Notes: generated from the sequence alone by a model not told the origin. Counted from the whole stretch's first letter, positions 22,950 to 35,564 are shown. The stretch: DNA of 63,791 nt, filler included, from Asterionella formosa (GCA_002256025.1; 16 parts of 16 records of this genome joined end to end with filler, not necessarily neighbours in it), one strand, 5' to 3'. Numbers and translations are program-made.

Positions 22950-23550
22950 ACCCAAAGGGTCTATTGCATGTACTTTGGGAGCATGGATTTATTGAAAAAT
23001 TAAGATTGGAGAGTTAAACATTGAGTTGAAAGCAGAATGAATTTGGATTTTTCAGGAAAGATTTTTCATTCAAGTCAATGATGGGAAACGGTATTGATTT
23101 CGAGGAAGAGGAGACATTATTGCAGTCAATTGGAAGGGAAATGGGAGTTTTTGTTGACTGAATACCAAAATGTCACTGTGAACTTGCAGGAGAGGGAATA
23201 AAGTATTCTTGGGGTTGCGCCAAGAATTTTGACAGTCGGGTTTCTCTGAAGAGGAAAGAGGGCAAAGAGAACTTCAGGTCTGTGGTGCAAAAGAGCATGT
23301 CAACAGACAAAGTGTCAACAACAAAAAGGATAAGACATTTTTCAAGGTGAGCAAGACAATATATATATATTATGTGCATAAATAAAGATTTGGAAAGATC
23401 TTGATGAACAACAAGATGACAGGATGGACACCAAAGTGGACACAACAACACATGAAGCAGACTCCATCAGCATTGAGAAGCTTGTCAAACAATTCAAAAC
23501 TCACAGCTGCGCCCTCGATTTCGACACACTTTCTGCAACGCAAGCTATGT
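22950..23550 (+). mobile_element. Decayed DDE transposase C-terminus, IS630/Tc1/mariner-like
   Basis: Translates across stops as LLQSIGREMGVFVD*IPKCHCELAGEGIKYSWGCAKN ... KLVKQFKTHSCALDFD, resembling the PKxHCELxxIExxW motif. Confidence 0.6.
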
Positions 23551-24646
23551 CTATGATCTAACATAGCAAACAAGAAGCAAGCAGCAAAATCAACAAACAT
23601 GAACGATGACAACAGATCAATGTTACATACCTTTTTTGGGGGGGGGGGATAAGAGGAGGGCAATATATATATACTACATCAAATAATTTGCATTCCATAT
23701 CCTTCTATATTGATCTTCAGGTTGCAACCAGCCAGGCATAGGTTTCCAGATTCTTCATACCGGGTGACCTGGTAGCACCCCAGCCAGTACTGGTACACTG
23801 TTGCCACCTTGAAGGTGAGAGATAACGCTAAAGCAAACAAGGACATATGTGCAGACGAGCACACTCCTAAGTAAAAGCTGACAATTAGCCCTGCATCACA
23901 TCGAAGTCCTACAGGGAAGCAGTTGTGATGGTTGGTGAAGGACTAGCCAAATGGCAGGAGAGGGCTTTACAAATATGGATTCGACTCGGTTTAGTTATCT
24001 CATTGTTTTGTGGATTCAATTCGAATTGGCCATGTGAAGGCTTCAATGTTGTTCAGGCCAAATCTTTTACAATGCCCCCACCCACTTGGTCAGAACACTG
24101 CGAACCACTATATTGGAGTCCTCTACCGGTACTTGGAACACAAATACCGGTAGTCACAGTGACACGTCGTAACTAAGCTACGGGTACACTAATTACAAAA
24201 ATTCTACGAGTATATTATTCGACATGGTAAGACTCGTACTAAACGTGATACGATACTACCGGTATCATGCATGTCTGACCACATTGACGCAGTTAAATGA
24301 TGACTGAGGCGGGACCAGGGAATCTTGAATCACACGAAGTAGGTACTACCGGTAAGCAAATCGGATTCCGGATGATATGGTCTGGCCGTTGTTTCCAACT
24401 CGCGGCCACTGATTTTTACATCGGAATGCATTCTCTACATAATGCTCAGACCTCATGGATTTTTCTAAAGCAAGGAGGAAAATGAAAATAATAAGCATCA
24501 TGTTGTATACATAGAATGAAAGCATCGATGTGTGCATCTATTTAGTTATTATTTCTCATCGTCCTCTTCTGAGACGTTTGCTTATCCATCATTTGCATCG
24601 TCAATTTAAAAACAATAAATAATAATAAAAAACATAACTGATAGAG

Positions 24647-27544
24647 ATGGTGGAAATCAAAATGGGAGAAAATGTGGAGAATGAAGTGCAAGCGCCTCCA
24701 GAAATAGACGAGCCCAAAGCAGCGTCATTATCGAAGAGCTGGTCGATTAAATCCGCGCATGTCCCCACATTTTCAGGAGGCAAGATCGCACATTGTCAAA
24801 CAACGAAAGGCTACAGCAACACCAATACGCCATTCTTACTCCTTCCAGTTGACGGAGACCTGGCGATTGTGGACGCAAAGAGAGGTGTCAAGATTCGAAC
24901 GATTCGGCGCGGGGCAAGCAATACAGTCAATGATGACGAGGACGAAGACGGCATGGATGCCGACGCCATTGTTAGCTTTGCACTTTCTCAAAATGATGCA
25001 ACTCTTGTCACTACTTCTAGAAATCACTTGATGCGTCAATACGATTTGACACAAGATTGGGACCTAGACCAGCCTGCTCCAGTGACGAAACTCTGGGGCC
25101 GATCGGGGCATTCCCTTCCTGTCACACACATGGTATTTCATGCATCGCACGTCTTTTTAGCGACGGGGTCCGTTGACGGGACAGTTCGAGTTTGGGATGT
25201 TCGTGGAGCGTATGTTACACACGTGTTTCGTCCAATGAAAGGTGGAGATGGACAGGGAATGAATACCGTCACATCGATTGCTTGGAAGAATGACTTGTCT
25301 CAATTGGTCCTAGCTGTTGGAAGAGACGATGGGAGTATTGTTGTGCATGATTTGCGAGAAGAGCACGATATTGCTATACTAAGAGATCATGTGTCAGCTG
25401 TAACTTGCATGCAATGGGATAATCATGGATACTTCATCAGCAGCGGCCGTGACGCCGTTTTAAACACATGGAAAGTGGTGAAACATTCTAGTTCCAAGAA
25501 GAAGAACAACAGTGGCCCAAAACAAACTTATGAACGAATTTTCACCCTACCGATATATGAGCAAGTGGAGGGAATGGTGTCATTACCATCTATTGATACT
25601 GAGCTATTGGTAGCAACGGCAGGCAGTAAGGGGAACGTCAGACTCTGGAAGGCCATATACAATGAAAGTGGCATATCGGAATTTTCAATGGAGACAAAGG
25701 AGTCTGACTCAGACTCCTTTGGCGAAGCCAAGGGTGGTTACCTCCAAATGACATACACTCCACGAGGAGCTGAAGGAACATTTTATGGGCAAGGGCAACT
25801 TGTGGTGGCTGATGCCGAACATAATTTGCTCTTCATTAGTCATGCTGGCAAGAAACTAGCGGTTCAACGAACCATTGTTGGACACAATGATGAAATTCTA
25901 GACCTCAAGATCATCCCTAAAACGAATATTGTCGCCGTCGCCACAAATAGTGCACAAGTCAGAATGTTTGATCTTGAAACCTTTTCTTGTACAATTCTCG
26001 ATGGACACACTGCCACTGTCTTGTGTGTCGACGTGAGTCCTTGTGGACGATTTCTCGCAACATGTGGAAAGGACAAGACGATGAGGCTGTGGAACGTGAA
26101 GGATCAAAAATGTGTAGCTGTTGCAACGGGTCATACGGAAGCTATTGGTGCAACGGCCTTGTCAAAGAAGGTCGGACGCTATGATGTGAGTGGCAAAGCG
26201 GCCAAGAATGGAGGTGGGTCATTTGTTGTCACGGCAAGTAAGGATCGAACCTTGAAACGTTGGAATTTGCCGGGATTGGCAGAGTTGCAGGGCCAAGAGA
26301 TGGAATTCGAGCTTCGCGCATTTTGTAGTGCTCGTGCGCATGAGAAGGACATTAATATTGTGAGTGTTGCTCCCAATGACTCCTTGGTTGCCACGGGCTC
26401 CCAAGACAAGACAGTCAAGCTGTGGCAGTCCAGCGATCTATCACTCAAGGGCACACTGAAGGGACACAAGCGTGGCGTATGGGATTGTCAATTTTCTCCC
26501 TACGATCGGGTGATTGCTACATCAAGTGGAGACAAAACGGTAAAGTTATGGTCGCTGTCCGACTATTCATGCGTTCGTACATTTCAAGGTCACGTATCTA
26601 GTGCGTTGCGAGTGCGATTCCTCAGCGGAGGACTACAGTTGGTATCGTCTGGTGCTGATGGATTGGTCAAGTTATGGACAATTCGCACGAATGAGTGCGA
26701 GGCTACCATGGATGGCCACATGAACAAGGTGTGGGCGCTGGATCTCGACGGTACCACGTTGGTCAGTGGTGGAGCAGATTCTCAAATTGTTGTCTGGGAA
26801 GACACGACTCAAGAAGAAGAAGACAAAAAGCGAGCCTCCGAAGAACAATCCATTCTCCTTGAACAGCGCTTGGCCAACCATCTTCGTTACAAGGAGTATG
26901 ATCAAGCCCTGGGACTGGCACTGGAACTTAATAAACCCCGCCAGGTGCTCAAGGTGATCACATCGATTGTCGAACAAGATGTTAGCCATGCCTTGACAAG
27001 TCTCCAAGGTCACGTCAAGGACTGGGATATGGATCGGACCAAACAAATCTTGCAGTATTGCCGCGATTGGAATACACGGGCGCGAAATTCCAACATAGCA
27101 ATGTTGGTTGTTCAAGCTGTTGTCACAACCATACCAGCTGCTGACTTGGCTTCAGCAGATGGTATACCTGAAATTCTAGCCGGTGTGGTCCCCTATGCCG
27201 AGCGTCATTTCGATCGCCTTGACAAACTTTTTGAAAGTACTTACCTGATAGACTTCACCCTATCGAGTATGGGCGCATTAGATCTGTACGAAGAGTATGA
27301 GATTTGGGAGACAAAGAGCAAGCTGGTGTTGCCACCAAATCAAATGGATGGACGAATTCAAGTGGGCGGAACACCACTTGTTGGTTCAATCAAACGAGCA
27401 GTGACCGGTGACGATGACAGCGATGAAGTCGTGACAATTGGAGATTCCGAATCGTCAGATGATGAGCACGATGAGGACAAATTAACGAATGCACTATCTG
27501 CAGAAAGTACGGACAGCGATGATGATTCTTCTACAAGTTCTTAG
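24647..27544 (+). CDS. UTP13: U3 snoRNP-associated WD40 protein UTP13/TBL3
   Basis: Many GH...WD repeats, AHEKDIN and GHKRGVW, C-terminal Utp13 motifs WNTRARNS and PYAERHFDRL, and an acidic tail. Confidence 0.92.
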   Translation: MVEIKMGENVENEVQAPPEIDEPKAASLSKSWSIKSAHVPTFSGGKIAHCQTTKGYSNTNTPFLLLPVDGDLAIVDAKRGVKIRTIRRGASNTVNDDEDEDGMDADAIVSFALSQNDATLVTTSRNHLMRQYDLTQDWDLDQPAPVTKLWGRSGHSLPVTHMVFHASHVFLATGSVDGTVRVWDVRGAYVTHVFRPMKGGDGQGMNTVTSIAWKNDLSQLVLAVGRDDGSIVVHDLREEHDIAILRDHVSAVTCMQWDNHGYFISSGRDAVLNTWKVVKHSSSKKKNNSGPKQTYERIFTLPIYEQVEGMVSLPSIDTELLVATAGSKGNVRLWKAIYNESGISEFSMETKESDSDSFGEAKGGYLQMTYTPRGAEGTFYGQGQLVVADAEHNLLFISHAGKKLAVQRTIVGHNDEILDLKIIPKTNIVAVATNSAQVRMFDLETFSCTILDGHTATVLCVDVSPCGRFLATCGKDKTMRLWNVKDQKCVAVATGHTEAIGATALSKKVGRYDVSGKAAKNGGGSFVVTASKDRTLKRWNLPGLAELQGQEMEFELRAFCSARAHEKDINIVSVAPNDSLVATGSQDKTVKLWQSSDLSLKGTLKGHKRGVWDCQFSPYDRVIATSSGDKTVKLWSLSDYSCVRTFQGHVSSALRVRFLSGGLQLVSSGADGLVKLWTIRTNECEATMDGHMNKVWALDLDGTTLVSGGADSQIVVWEDTTQEEEDKKRASEEQSILLEQRLANHLRYKEYDQALGLALELNKPRQVLKVITSIVEQDVSHALTSLQGHVKDWDMDRTKQILQYCRDWNTRARNSNIAMLVVQAVVTTIPAADLASADGIPEILAGVVPYAERHFDRLDKLFESTYLIDFTLSSMGALDLYEEYEIWETKSKLVLPPNQMDGRIQVGGTPLVGSIKRAVTGDDDSDEVVTIGDSESSDDEHDEDKLTNALSAESTDSDDDSSTSS

Positions 27545-27729
27545 TACCATCACACTTATTGTTTATCCATACTTATTTGCTGGTACTGTACAAAATTATG
27601 CAACCACTGTAGATATATAGTTTTCTTTTCATAGAATGCATGTTGCATCTGCATGTTCTGGACTCCCGTCGTCCACCCACCTGCCCTTCGACCCAAAATA
27701 AGGAATCGTGCAAAGCATTGCGCCAATCT

Positions 27730-28575
27730 CTAAACAGTCTTTGCCAAATCCGCTTGAATCAAGGCCATGCGCACGTCATCACCCATGCTTTTGCTGGAAG
27801 GCACGAAGGTCGTCTTGCAGTGAGGAGCGTGACCGACATCGCGAATCATATCGAAATATTGCGTCAATAGCAGCAAATCCATGACTTCCTTGGTAGAGGT
27901 TCCATGCACTTTGTCACTGAACTCCACAATACTCGACTTCAATCCTTCCACAATGGCCTTCCGCTGCTTGGCAACACCGACGCCACTCAAGTACTTGGCT
28001 TCCGCTTCAGCTTCCGCCGACTTGACCTGCAGAATCTTGTCTCCTTCCGCCCGCTCCGCAATGGCGAACTTGAGCCGCTTGCTGGAGTTGATTTCATTCA
28101 TGGCCGCCTTGACGCGCTGATCAGGATCCAAATCAGTAATGAGGGTCTGCAGGATTTGGTATCCATAGCTCGTCATGGTTTCGCTGAGGGCGGCCTTGAT
28201 GGCCAGCGCCAGTTCTTCCTTACATTCAAAGACAGCGTCCAGTTCCAAAGTGGGAAGTTCCGATCTCATCACGTCGTACACGTGGGCCGTAATCTGCTGT
28301 GTGGGGTTCGTGAGCGCATAGAAGGCGTCATAGACTTTCTCGCGAAGAATTTGGTACTGAACCGAGACAACCGCAACCAGAAAGACGTTGTCGAGCGTTT
28401 TGGTTTCGACGCGGACGTCAAGCTGCTGCACTCGAAAGGAGAGGCGACCGACGAGCTGCTCGATGGGACAAACGACGAAGTTGAGGCCGGGCTGCACGAG
28501 CCGACTAAACTTTCCGAAGCGTTCAACAACGCCGACTTCGGAGGTGCTGATGGTGAAGATGCACGGGATGCACAT
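27730..28575 (-). CDS. SPFH/band-7 protein, hypersensitive-induced-response (HIR)-like
   Basis: VERFGKF, ETKTLDNVF, VKAAMNEIN, AEAEAEAKYLSGVGVAKQRKAI, LLTQYFD. Confidence 0.92.
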   Translation of the reverse strand: MCIPCIFTISTSEVGVVERFGKFSRLVQPGLNFVVCPIEQLVGRLSFRVQQLDVRVETKTLDNVFLVAVVSVQYQILREKVYDAFYALTNPTQQITAHVYDVMRSELPTLELDAVFECKEELALAIKAALSETMTSYGYQILQTLITDLDPDQRVKAAMNEINSSKRLKFAIAERAEGDKILQVKSAEAEAEAKYLSGVGVAKQRKAIVEGLKSSIVEFSDKVHGTSTKEVMDLLLLTQYFDMIRDVGHAPHCKTTFVPSSKSMGDDVRMALIQADLAKTV

Positions 28576-30390
28576 GATTGTGATGGCTTGGTTGAGTCGA
28601 GTTGGTGAGAACGATAATGCAAAGTCTTATCGATCTACCGTTTGGATCGAACAAGTGCAGGAGCAATGTGTCGGGATTTGAGGTTATGATGGATAAGAAG
28701 GACACAGCATCAGGAAGAAGCAAGATTCACACATTCTATACTGCTGGTATAAATATATATGTAGGATGTATGAAGTTCTCATGCCTCCCTTGCTTCGGTA
28801 AGATATGCATGTGCTGCATGCTATCTTACAATATGCATGTACATGGTCAGCAAAATGTTAACCTTAACCCCAGTCCGGTTGTTGTCCTTCTGCCGTGGGA
28901 CTAAAATCGTTGATGCCTTGTGTTCGCTCATGTTTCTTGCATTCTGAGGATACTACCTGGTACGGAGTACCAAGTCCCGGTACCCTGGGTGCATGTACTG
29001 AACGTACGCATACTCACCACTACAGTTGAAAAAATCACTCAGTGAGTACGGAGTACAATTAGCGCATATACCGTAATATTCTGTTGACAATCTTAATAGT
29101 TTCACTTGTGTGTTTTCTAAAAGAGTGAGCTTAAACTAAATGTAATTTTGAAACTAAGTTTTGATTGAAAGATGGCAACTCCTACATGTTTCTGAAATGA
29201 ATTTTTCCTTGTTCCTTGGAGGCGAGGTTCTTCATAGCTCCTACAGCGGCTGTAGCAAAGTAAAGTATATCCTCTTCCTTGTAACATATTTATCCATCTA
29301 GCCTAGATAGATTCTAGGACATAGATGTTCCTTCACTGAAATAATTCTTTCAGGTAGCTCCACTATGATGATTGGATTGTTCCTCAATCCTTTGGACAAA
29401 ACTGATTTGTCTCTCCAATCATTTGGAGTTTAGGGTTTACCAAACTTGTTTGGTAAACATAAGGAGAAACTTGATAGAATTCGCTCTTCAACATGATTCT
29501 TTATCAAATGTCTGAAGGTTATTAATATTGGTACTTAATTGTGCATTGTTGTTTTTCCATCAAATAAAATAACTAGTAGGGAAATGTTGTCTTCACACAA
29601 ACCAAATCGAATAGGGCAACTTTTTTGCTTTTTCCCGGCCTCCTTCATCTAAAACCGATCAATAATGCATGTGATAAAACAAAAACCTGTTAAACTGTCC
29701 ATCAGTGGGTGAAATATCACTTATCTTACTTTTAAGATCACCAGCGCTGAAAAATTATTTTCACTAACACTTTGTAATATTGTGAGCTATCTGGTAATAG
29801 CATATCTGGTCTTGTTCTTACATGATTATTCCAGTGTTCCCAAAGAAGACATCTCATATGATTAATTCAGTCATCCCAAATAACAAGACATCTCACACTT
29901 ACCTGATCACATTCTCCTGTTATTTTATTTGTTATTTAATAAATAAGCATCCAATCATGCAAAAATGTATAACAATCTCAAATACATTGTAAGTCCTGGT
30001 TTCAAATCACTCAAAATATCGATCCTCGACTTGTATGATTCCATATGGTTTATCAAATTCATACTCCTCTGTCTACCAGCTACATATGGCACATGGTACT
30101 TACCAAAACACCCCCTCCTTTTGCTATTTTGGATTTTGGATGTGCTTTCTAACTGTTAGTTGATGAACAGATTGGCTTTAGCAATGCACTTGAAAACACT
30201 GGCAGTAGAGCATTTTACATCTACATTATCACAGTGGTTATAGAAAATCTAATAGTATCCCTATTTTGTAATATTCAGGTATGGTATAGCACGCGATCTC
30301 TAACACAATGGCCTCCCCCCCCAAGAGTTCTGAATCAATGGAATGCTGTTACAAGAAAACAATTATCAATGACATGCAATGCATGGATGT

Positions 30391-31173
30391 TTATTGTTTC
30401 TCCTTATGGATCAACTCTTTAAATTTTTGAATATCCTCAGTGGCCATCCTTTTCCTGTCCTGCTCGTATTGCGCTTCCAAGGACAGTTTTTCTTGTTTAG
30501 GCACTTCATCGTCGTCTTCTTCCGATCGTTGACGTTTGTCATTGGCCAATGCTTCCAAACTATCCATGGCTTGATCTGTCAAACGGGTCAACGTTTCGTG
30601 CCCCTGAACCATGATGGACACTGCCGAATGCACTTTCTCCGTTGTTACCACCGTTGCCACATGCTGTGCCACATGGTCGGCATCGCCTAATTGATCCAAT
30701 TTTGTTTGGAGTATAGTCCGACGTCGTTTAGCAAACGTCAGTTGAGTTCGAAGCGACGCAAGTGCGTCATCAATGGCAGCCATATCTGCTTTAGTAGGAA
30801 CGTCTTCTTTGGACGGGTACTTTGGAGCTTCATTCGTCGTAATGGTATTGGTGAGATCCGAGAGTGGTGCTGCTGCGTCCTCGTCCACGCTGTTGCTATT
30901 GTTGTCAAGAAAGGCTTGCACGATCTTGGTTCGCCTCAGTTTGGAAAGACCACCAATGGAACAAACATTGCGATGAATGTATCCCTGGAAAATGTCGACA
31001 TTGCGATGGTATTCCTTTCGTAATGACGCCAGCATCATGGCGCTTGATGAGGGCTGCATCATGGGCAGCGAATGAACGCCTTCCGTCAATGCGGCATCGA
31101 CGCAGTCACCAAAGTCATCCGAGATGTGGTCAGCTGAAGAACCGAAGAGGATTGTATCTTCGTTAGAGGTCAT
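30391..31173 (-). CDS. Probable kinetochore protein, Mis12-like
   Basis: N-terminal LFGSSADHISDDFGDCV and RNVDIFQGYIHRNVCSI resemble the Mis12 blocks (FGFxPxxFIDDIxNxV; DxFELYxLRNIxxI), followed by coiled coils. Confidence 0.55.
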   Translation of the reverse strand: MTSNEDTILFGSSADHISDDFGDCVDAALTEGVHSLPMMQPSSSAMMLASLRKEYHRNVDIFQGYIHRNVCSIGGLSKLRRTKIVQAFLDNNSNSVDEDAAAPLSDLTNTITTNEAPKYPSKEDVPTKADMAAIDDALASLRTQLTFAKRRRTILQTKLDQLGDADHVAQHVATVVTTEKVHSAVSIMVQGHETLTRLTDQAMDSLEALANDKRQRSEEDDDEVPKQEKLSLEAQYEQDRKRMATEDIQKFKELIHKEKQ

Positions 31174-31834
31174 TGGGATGGATGCTCTCTACGTAGTTTG
31201 CTGAGAACTCTCTACAGTAATAGTTCAATGATGCTGTGTATGAGCGAGTCAATGTACCTGGTACCGATAGTTGCAAGAGGTATAGCAGCAAGCAATCAGA
31301 ACAATGAGAAAAAACCCTCAGCAGATATCATGATTTTACGTACCGTCAAAATGAAATGCGCGCATGATGTCAGGTCACTAAATGTACAGTACGGTACCAG
31401 GCACCATAGTATGGATACCGTATGGACATAGCGGCATCATGTGCATTTTATGGCGCGCAAGCACAGAGAAAGCTTTTTCTCCTCCTCCCGAGAAAACACG
31501 TGGCAGACTACTTGTTATAGATGAATAGTACTGTGGACAGTTCTTGCAATGAAGCAGGATGAAGTAGACTCTTGAGGTTGTTCTAACTTGTAGAAGCGGA
31601 AGGTTTGTAATGACGACTAATTCCTAAAGTATTTATTAGAAATTGTGAGCTATATATTATATATGCCGGAAGTGATGGTGGCACAGGTAATGATGGCGGT
31701 ATATGTTATTCAAAACCAAATATCCAATGCTGACATCATCTTATGATATTCCATGGTAACGGTCCTATAACCGGCAATGAAATAATAATCATATGTACAT
31801 ACATCACTCATACTTTCGTTACTCTCCCTCTCAA

Positions 31835-31934
31835 NNNNNNNNNNNNNNNNNNNNNNNNNNNNNNNNNNNNNNNNNNNNTTAATTAATTAANNNNNNNNNN
31901 NNNNNNNNNNNNNNNNNNNNNNNNNNNNNNNNNN
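31835..31934. other. First of 15 artificial N-TTAATTAATTAA-N contig linkers
   Basis: The same 100-nt spacer, with stops in all six frames, recurs about every 2.13 kb up to 61763. Confidence 0.97.
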
Positions 31935-33453
31935 GTGCTTCTAGTTACGAAAAATTGTGATTCTATTGACACCGAATTTTTGCCAAACAAAGGATAACAT
32001 ACAGATTTGCTACAAGCCGGCCGTCCATTTCATCATTTCCGAAAAATATTTAAATAGGATGCGCTGTTAGCCAGAGAATTATCAGAGCTGGCGATTCATG
32101 AGAGGCAGCAGTGAGAGACCTGAATTTTGGTTTCAGCTATACATGAATAGAGGGAGTTTGAATTTAAAATTTTCTTGCTTTTCCGATTTTCACTGTTGCC
32201 CAGCATTCTCTTGAGCAAAATACAGATGTCTGAACCCCCCTGGCTCCTTTTGCCACCACAGTCAGACTTCCATGACTGTGGTCGCCTCGCCAACTTTATG
32301 TTCCACCTTTCCAGCCGCTTCAAATGCCATCCTAACTGGTACATCCCATCATACTAGTGTAATTGTTTCCCCACACCTTTTCATCATTTCCTCATTTGGC
32401 TGGATTGCCTGACCTGTTCCTGCCAGCCTCCAACCCCATTAAACAAATTTGTAACTTGTTCCATCAAACCGGCTTGACTACTATCATACAATGCGTATAC
32501 ACTTTTAGAAGTTTGATTTCCAACTCCTGCACCATCCAGCCATGTGAGATCATTTCATGATTTTCTCATCATAATTAAACCTCCTTCTTGCTCCCCAAAA
32601 AGGAGTAGTCCTAGCTAGCATCAGCCAGACATTTCGCCCTTCATCATCATCATCCATGTGGAATTCTTGGAGCAAAACTACTATAATTGTCTCCCACCAG
32701 TGCCACCATCACACTTTCTTCCAAGCTAATAGTAAAACCGTCTTTTACTGCAACTCCCACAGTATTTACCATGTCGCACAATCTTTGCATAATGGTTGAT
32801 ATATGATATACCGATACCTACTCCAGCACAGGCATTACCGGTGTATATACGTACAGATCATAAAGTGGATGTACGACCAATGGTATTCTGCGTACGAACA
32901 AGATCATGTGCATGTCGTCTGTGTGTGTACCAGGTACGAAATGTTGCGTTGAGTATGCATCATACATAGCATTTATGTGTGTACCGGTACTAGGTACACA
33001 TATCACAGGCACCATGGACTACAGTATACGTAGGTGCTACTGTATGTATGTAAGATACAATGATCAGCGAATCTTTCTTGTTGCATTGAGTATACCGGTA
33101 CTGTTATACGGTATGCCGGTACGTACGCTATTTGTCATATGATTGTATGTCCTGCATCATACATAGGATATTCCGGTCGGTGCATGTATTAGCAACAGTA
33201 CCATCAAAATATTTAATAATTATTGGTATACTTCTCACGCGCTGCTTGTTCGGTTGAAGATAAATGAAACAAAAAAGCAACCAACCAACCAAAGATACCG
33301 GGTAACAAGAAGATATCATCATTGCAAGAGCCGATAGTAGTGAATGTCAAACTCATCCATTGATCTAAATAAAACCTGATTTACTGATTCTCTTTATCGA
33401 TTTTGTAACTTATCTAAACAGACAGTGATTTCCCTTTTTGTTTGATTCGACCA

Positions 33454-33458
<5 letters not shown>

Positions 33459-33493
<35 letters not shown>
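33459..33493. repeat. (CT)n microsatellite just upstream of an ATG
   Basis: Read directly; ends 6 nt before the ATG at 33500. Confidence 0.95.
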
Positions 33494-33497
<4 letters not shown>

Positions 33498-33499
33498 TC

Positions 33500-33967
33500 A
33501 TGGGTTGTAACGGCAGCAAGGATGCTCCCAGTCCTCCTCCTGCTGCTGGTGGCAGCCATGGCCCTTCCAAGTCAGGCACCATCATCACGGCAAAGTCTGC
33601 AGCAAGCGATGCCTTGAAGAATCTGGCAGCACTTCCTACAATGATCAATCACGCTGTTGTTGCTACTGGTGTCATGTCGGGACAAATCAAGGCGGGGGCA
33701 CATCATTTGAAAAATGTCTTTGCATCTCCACTATTGAATATAGATAACTTTACAGCACCTGTCCATCCGAAAACACACGAAGAACAATTATTTATTGAAC
33801 AAGCCGTCTTGATGAACTTTGTCTTTAGTACCATGTCACTTCGGGAAATGAAAACCATGATTGCTGCTTTTGAAAAAGTTCATGTACCTAACGATGATGT
33901 TATTATTCAACAAGGTGATCAAGGAGACTACTTTTATGTACTGCTTCACGGTCAAGTTAGATTCGAA
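33500..33967 (+). CDS. Cyclic-nucleotide-binding protein (PKA regulatory subunit or PKG-like), 5' part, cut by gap
   Basis: MGCNGSK acylation motif; PVHPKT..EQ..I..AV..NFVF and IIQQGDQGDYFYVL of a CNB-A domain. Confidence 0.85.
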
Positions 33968-34156
33968 NNNNNNNNNNNNNNNNNNNNNNNNNNNNNNNNN
34001 NNNNNNNNNNNTTAATTAATTAANNNNNNNNNNNNNNNNNNNNNNNNNNNNNNNNNNNNNNNNNNNNGCCACGAAGTTTTTGTTGTTGTTGATACACACA
34101 GTCCAATACATGTTCGATGCAATCAATCAACTCACTGAATTATCTCACTTGTATAG

Positions 34157-35564
34157 GTTCTCCCCTATTGTTTATTCAATGTTTTCCTTTCTGCGGGGAT
34201 TCAATACCTGGCTACCGCTCACGAGATCAACTTGGCCATTTCAGATAAAGGCCATTCATTTATGAACCTCATGGTTGCCTTTCTCATTGTTGCCCGTGTG
34301 ACGATTAGTATCGGACGGTACAATGAAGCACGGGGGTACTTGGGAGACATGTACCGTGAAACTCGAGCCCTGATGCAAAATGTGGTCGTCCTTAGTGATC
34401 AATTAGACAATGACCAAGTCAAGGAGTGGAGGAATCTAGTCGCGTACCGGTCCAATGTGCTGTTACGTACCGCCATGGCTGTCATTGATTATTCGGATCC
34501 ACCTCATGTGGCGTGTTGGGAATTGAAGGAGTTGAGTGAGGAAGAAAAGGTGGAAATTCAAAAGTATATCTTTTGTGATACTGGCAACAATCAAGGTGGG
34601 ATGAGTCGATGGAAACATGGACATGAATCCACCACCTTGTATGAAGAGAATATGCGTGTCCCCATTCGAATGGCATTTAAATTGAGGCAGGCATTGAGAT
34701 TGCATAAACAAATTTTTGTGGGTGACAATCAAATTGAAGTTCCACAAGAGCTGCGATTAATGGCCAATGTTGATGCCTTTTTGAGTGGATATTTTGGGTA
34801 AGTGTATTGAAAATTGAGTTTCGCTTAAATAGGGGGGAAATAAACATTATATACGCCATCTCATTCAACGTCGTTTTGTATGCTCTTTCTACCCCCCTTT
34901 CCCAATGCACAATGATGACAACTACAGCATTCGAAAATTCTTGACAACACCATTTCCCTTTCCCCTTGTTCAAATGGCAAGAACCTTCCTTTTCTTTTGT
35001 GAGTAAGCCCATACACCGGATGGATATAGCTACCTTGCTGCACCACTCATCAACCCCATTTTGTTATTTCTAAATGTCAACATTTTCGTCCAGATGTCTT
35101 CACTGTCCCATTTGCCTTACTATCAGACACTAGTAGTGTCTATGCTCATTGTGTAACAATATTCATTTTGACCTATGGATTTATGGGGTTGGAATATGTA
35201 TCCATTGAGTTGGATAATCCATTTGGTATTGATGACAATGACTTTGACAATCTTGGAATGGCCTATGTAAGTTACATTAACAGGTGTTGAGTGTGTCTGT
35301 GGGTTTATTTCGAAGATTTTCACCTTTGGTGATACCAAGCACTACTGTGCCTAGTGTGCAAAAGAGTTGAAGATTGACAACTAATATGTGATGTTTGCCA
35401 TTCAAATTTAGACAACATTTGAAGATACTTACTTGACCATTCTCAATATTGATGGCCCCAAATGGAGAGATGAACTTCGATTGAAGATGAATGAAAATAT
35501 CAGTTTGGACAAGCAAACATTTTCTGATGAACAAAGTTTGTTACTCCCTTCATCATCAGTGTAA
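34157..35564 (+). CDS. Bestrophin-like anion channel, 5' end missing; exons 34157-34797, 34928-34998, 35094-35266, 35412-35564
   Basis: AFLIVARV..GRYNEARG, TTPFPFPLVQMARTFLF and GLEYVSIELDNPFGIDDNDFD. The GT-AG introns splice in frame. Confidence 0.85.

Noticed and set aside
27904..28608. Long plus-strand ORF over the band-7 gene
   Set aside because: Antisense shadow of a GC-rich, codon-biased gene.
31935..32760. Possible decayed transposase on the minus strand
   Set aside because: Coding-like fragments, but no motif I can name.
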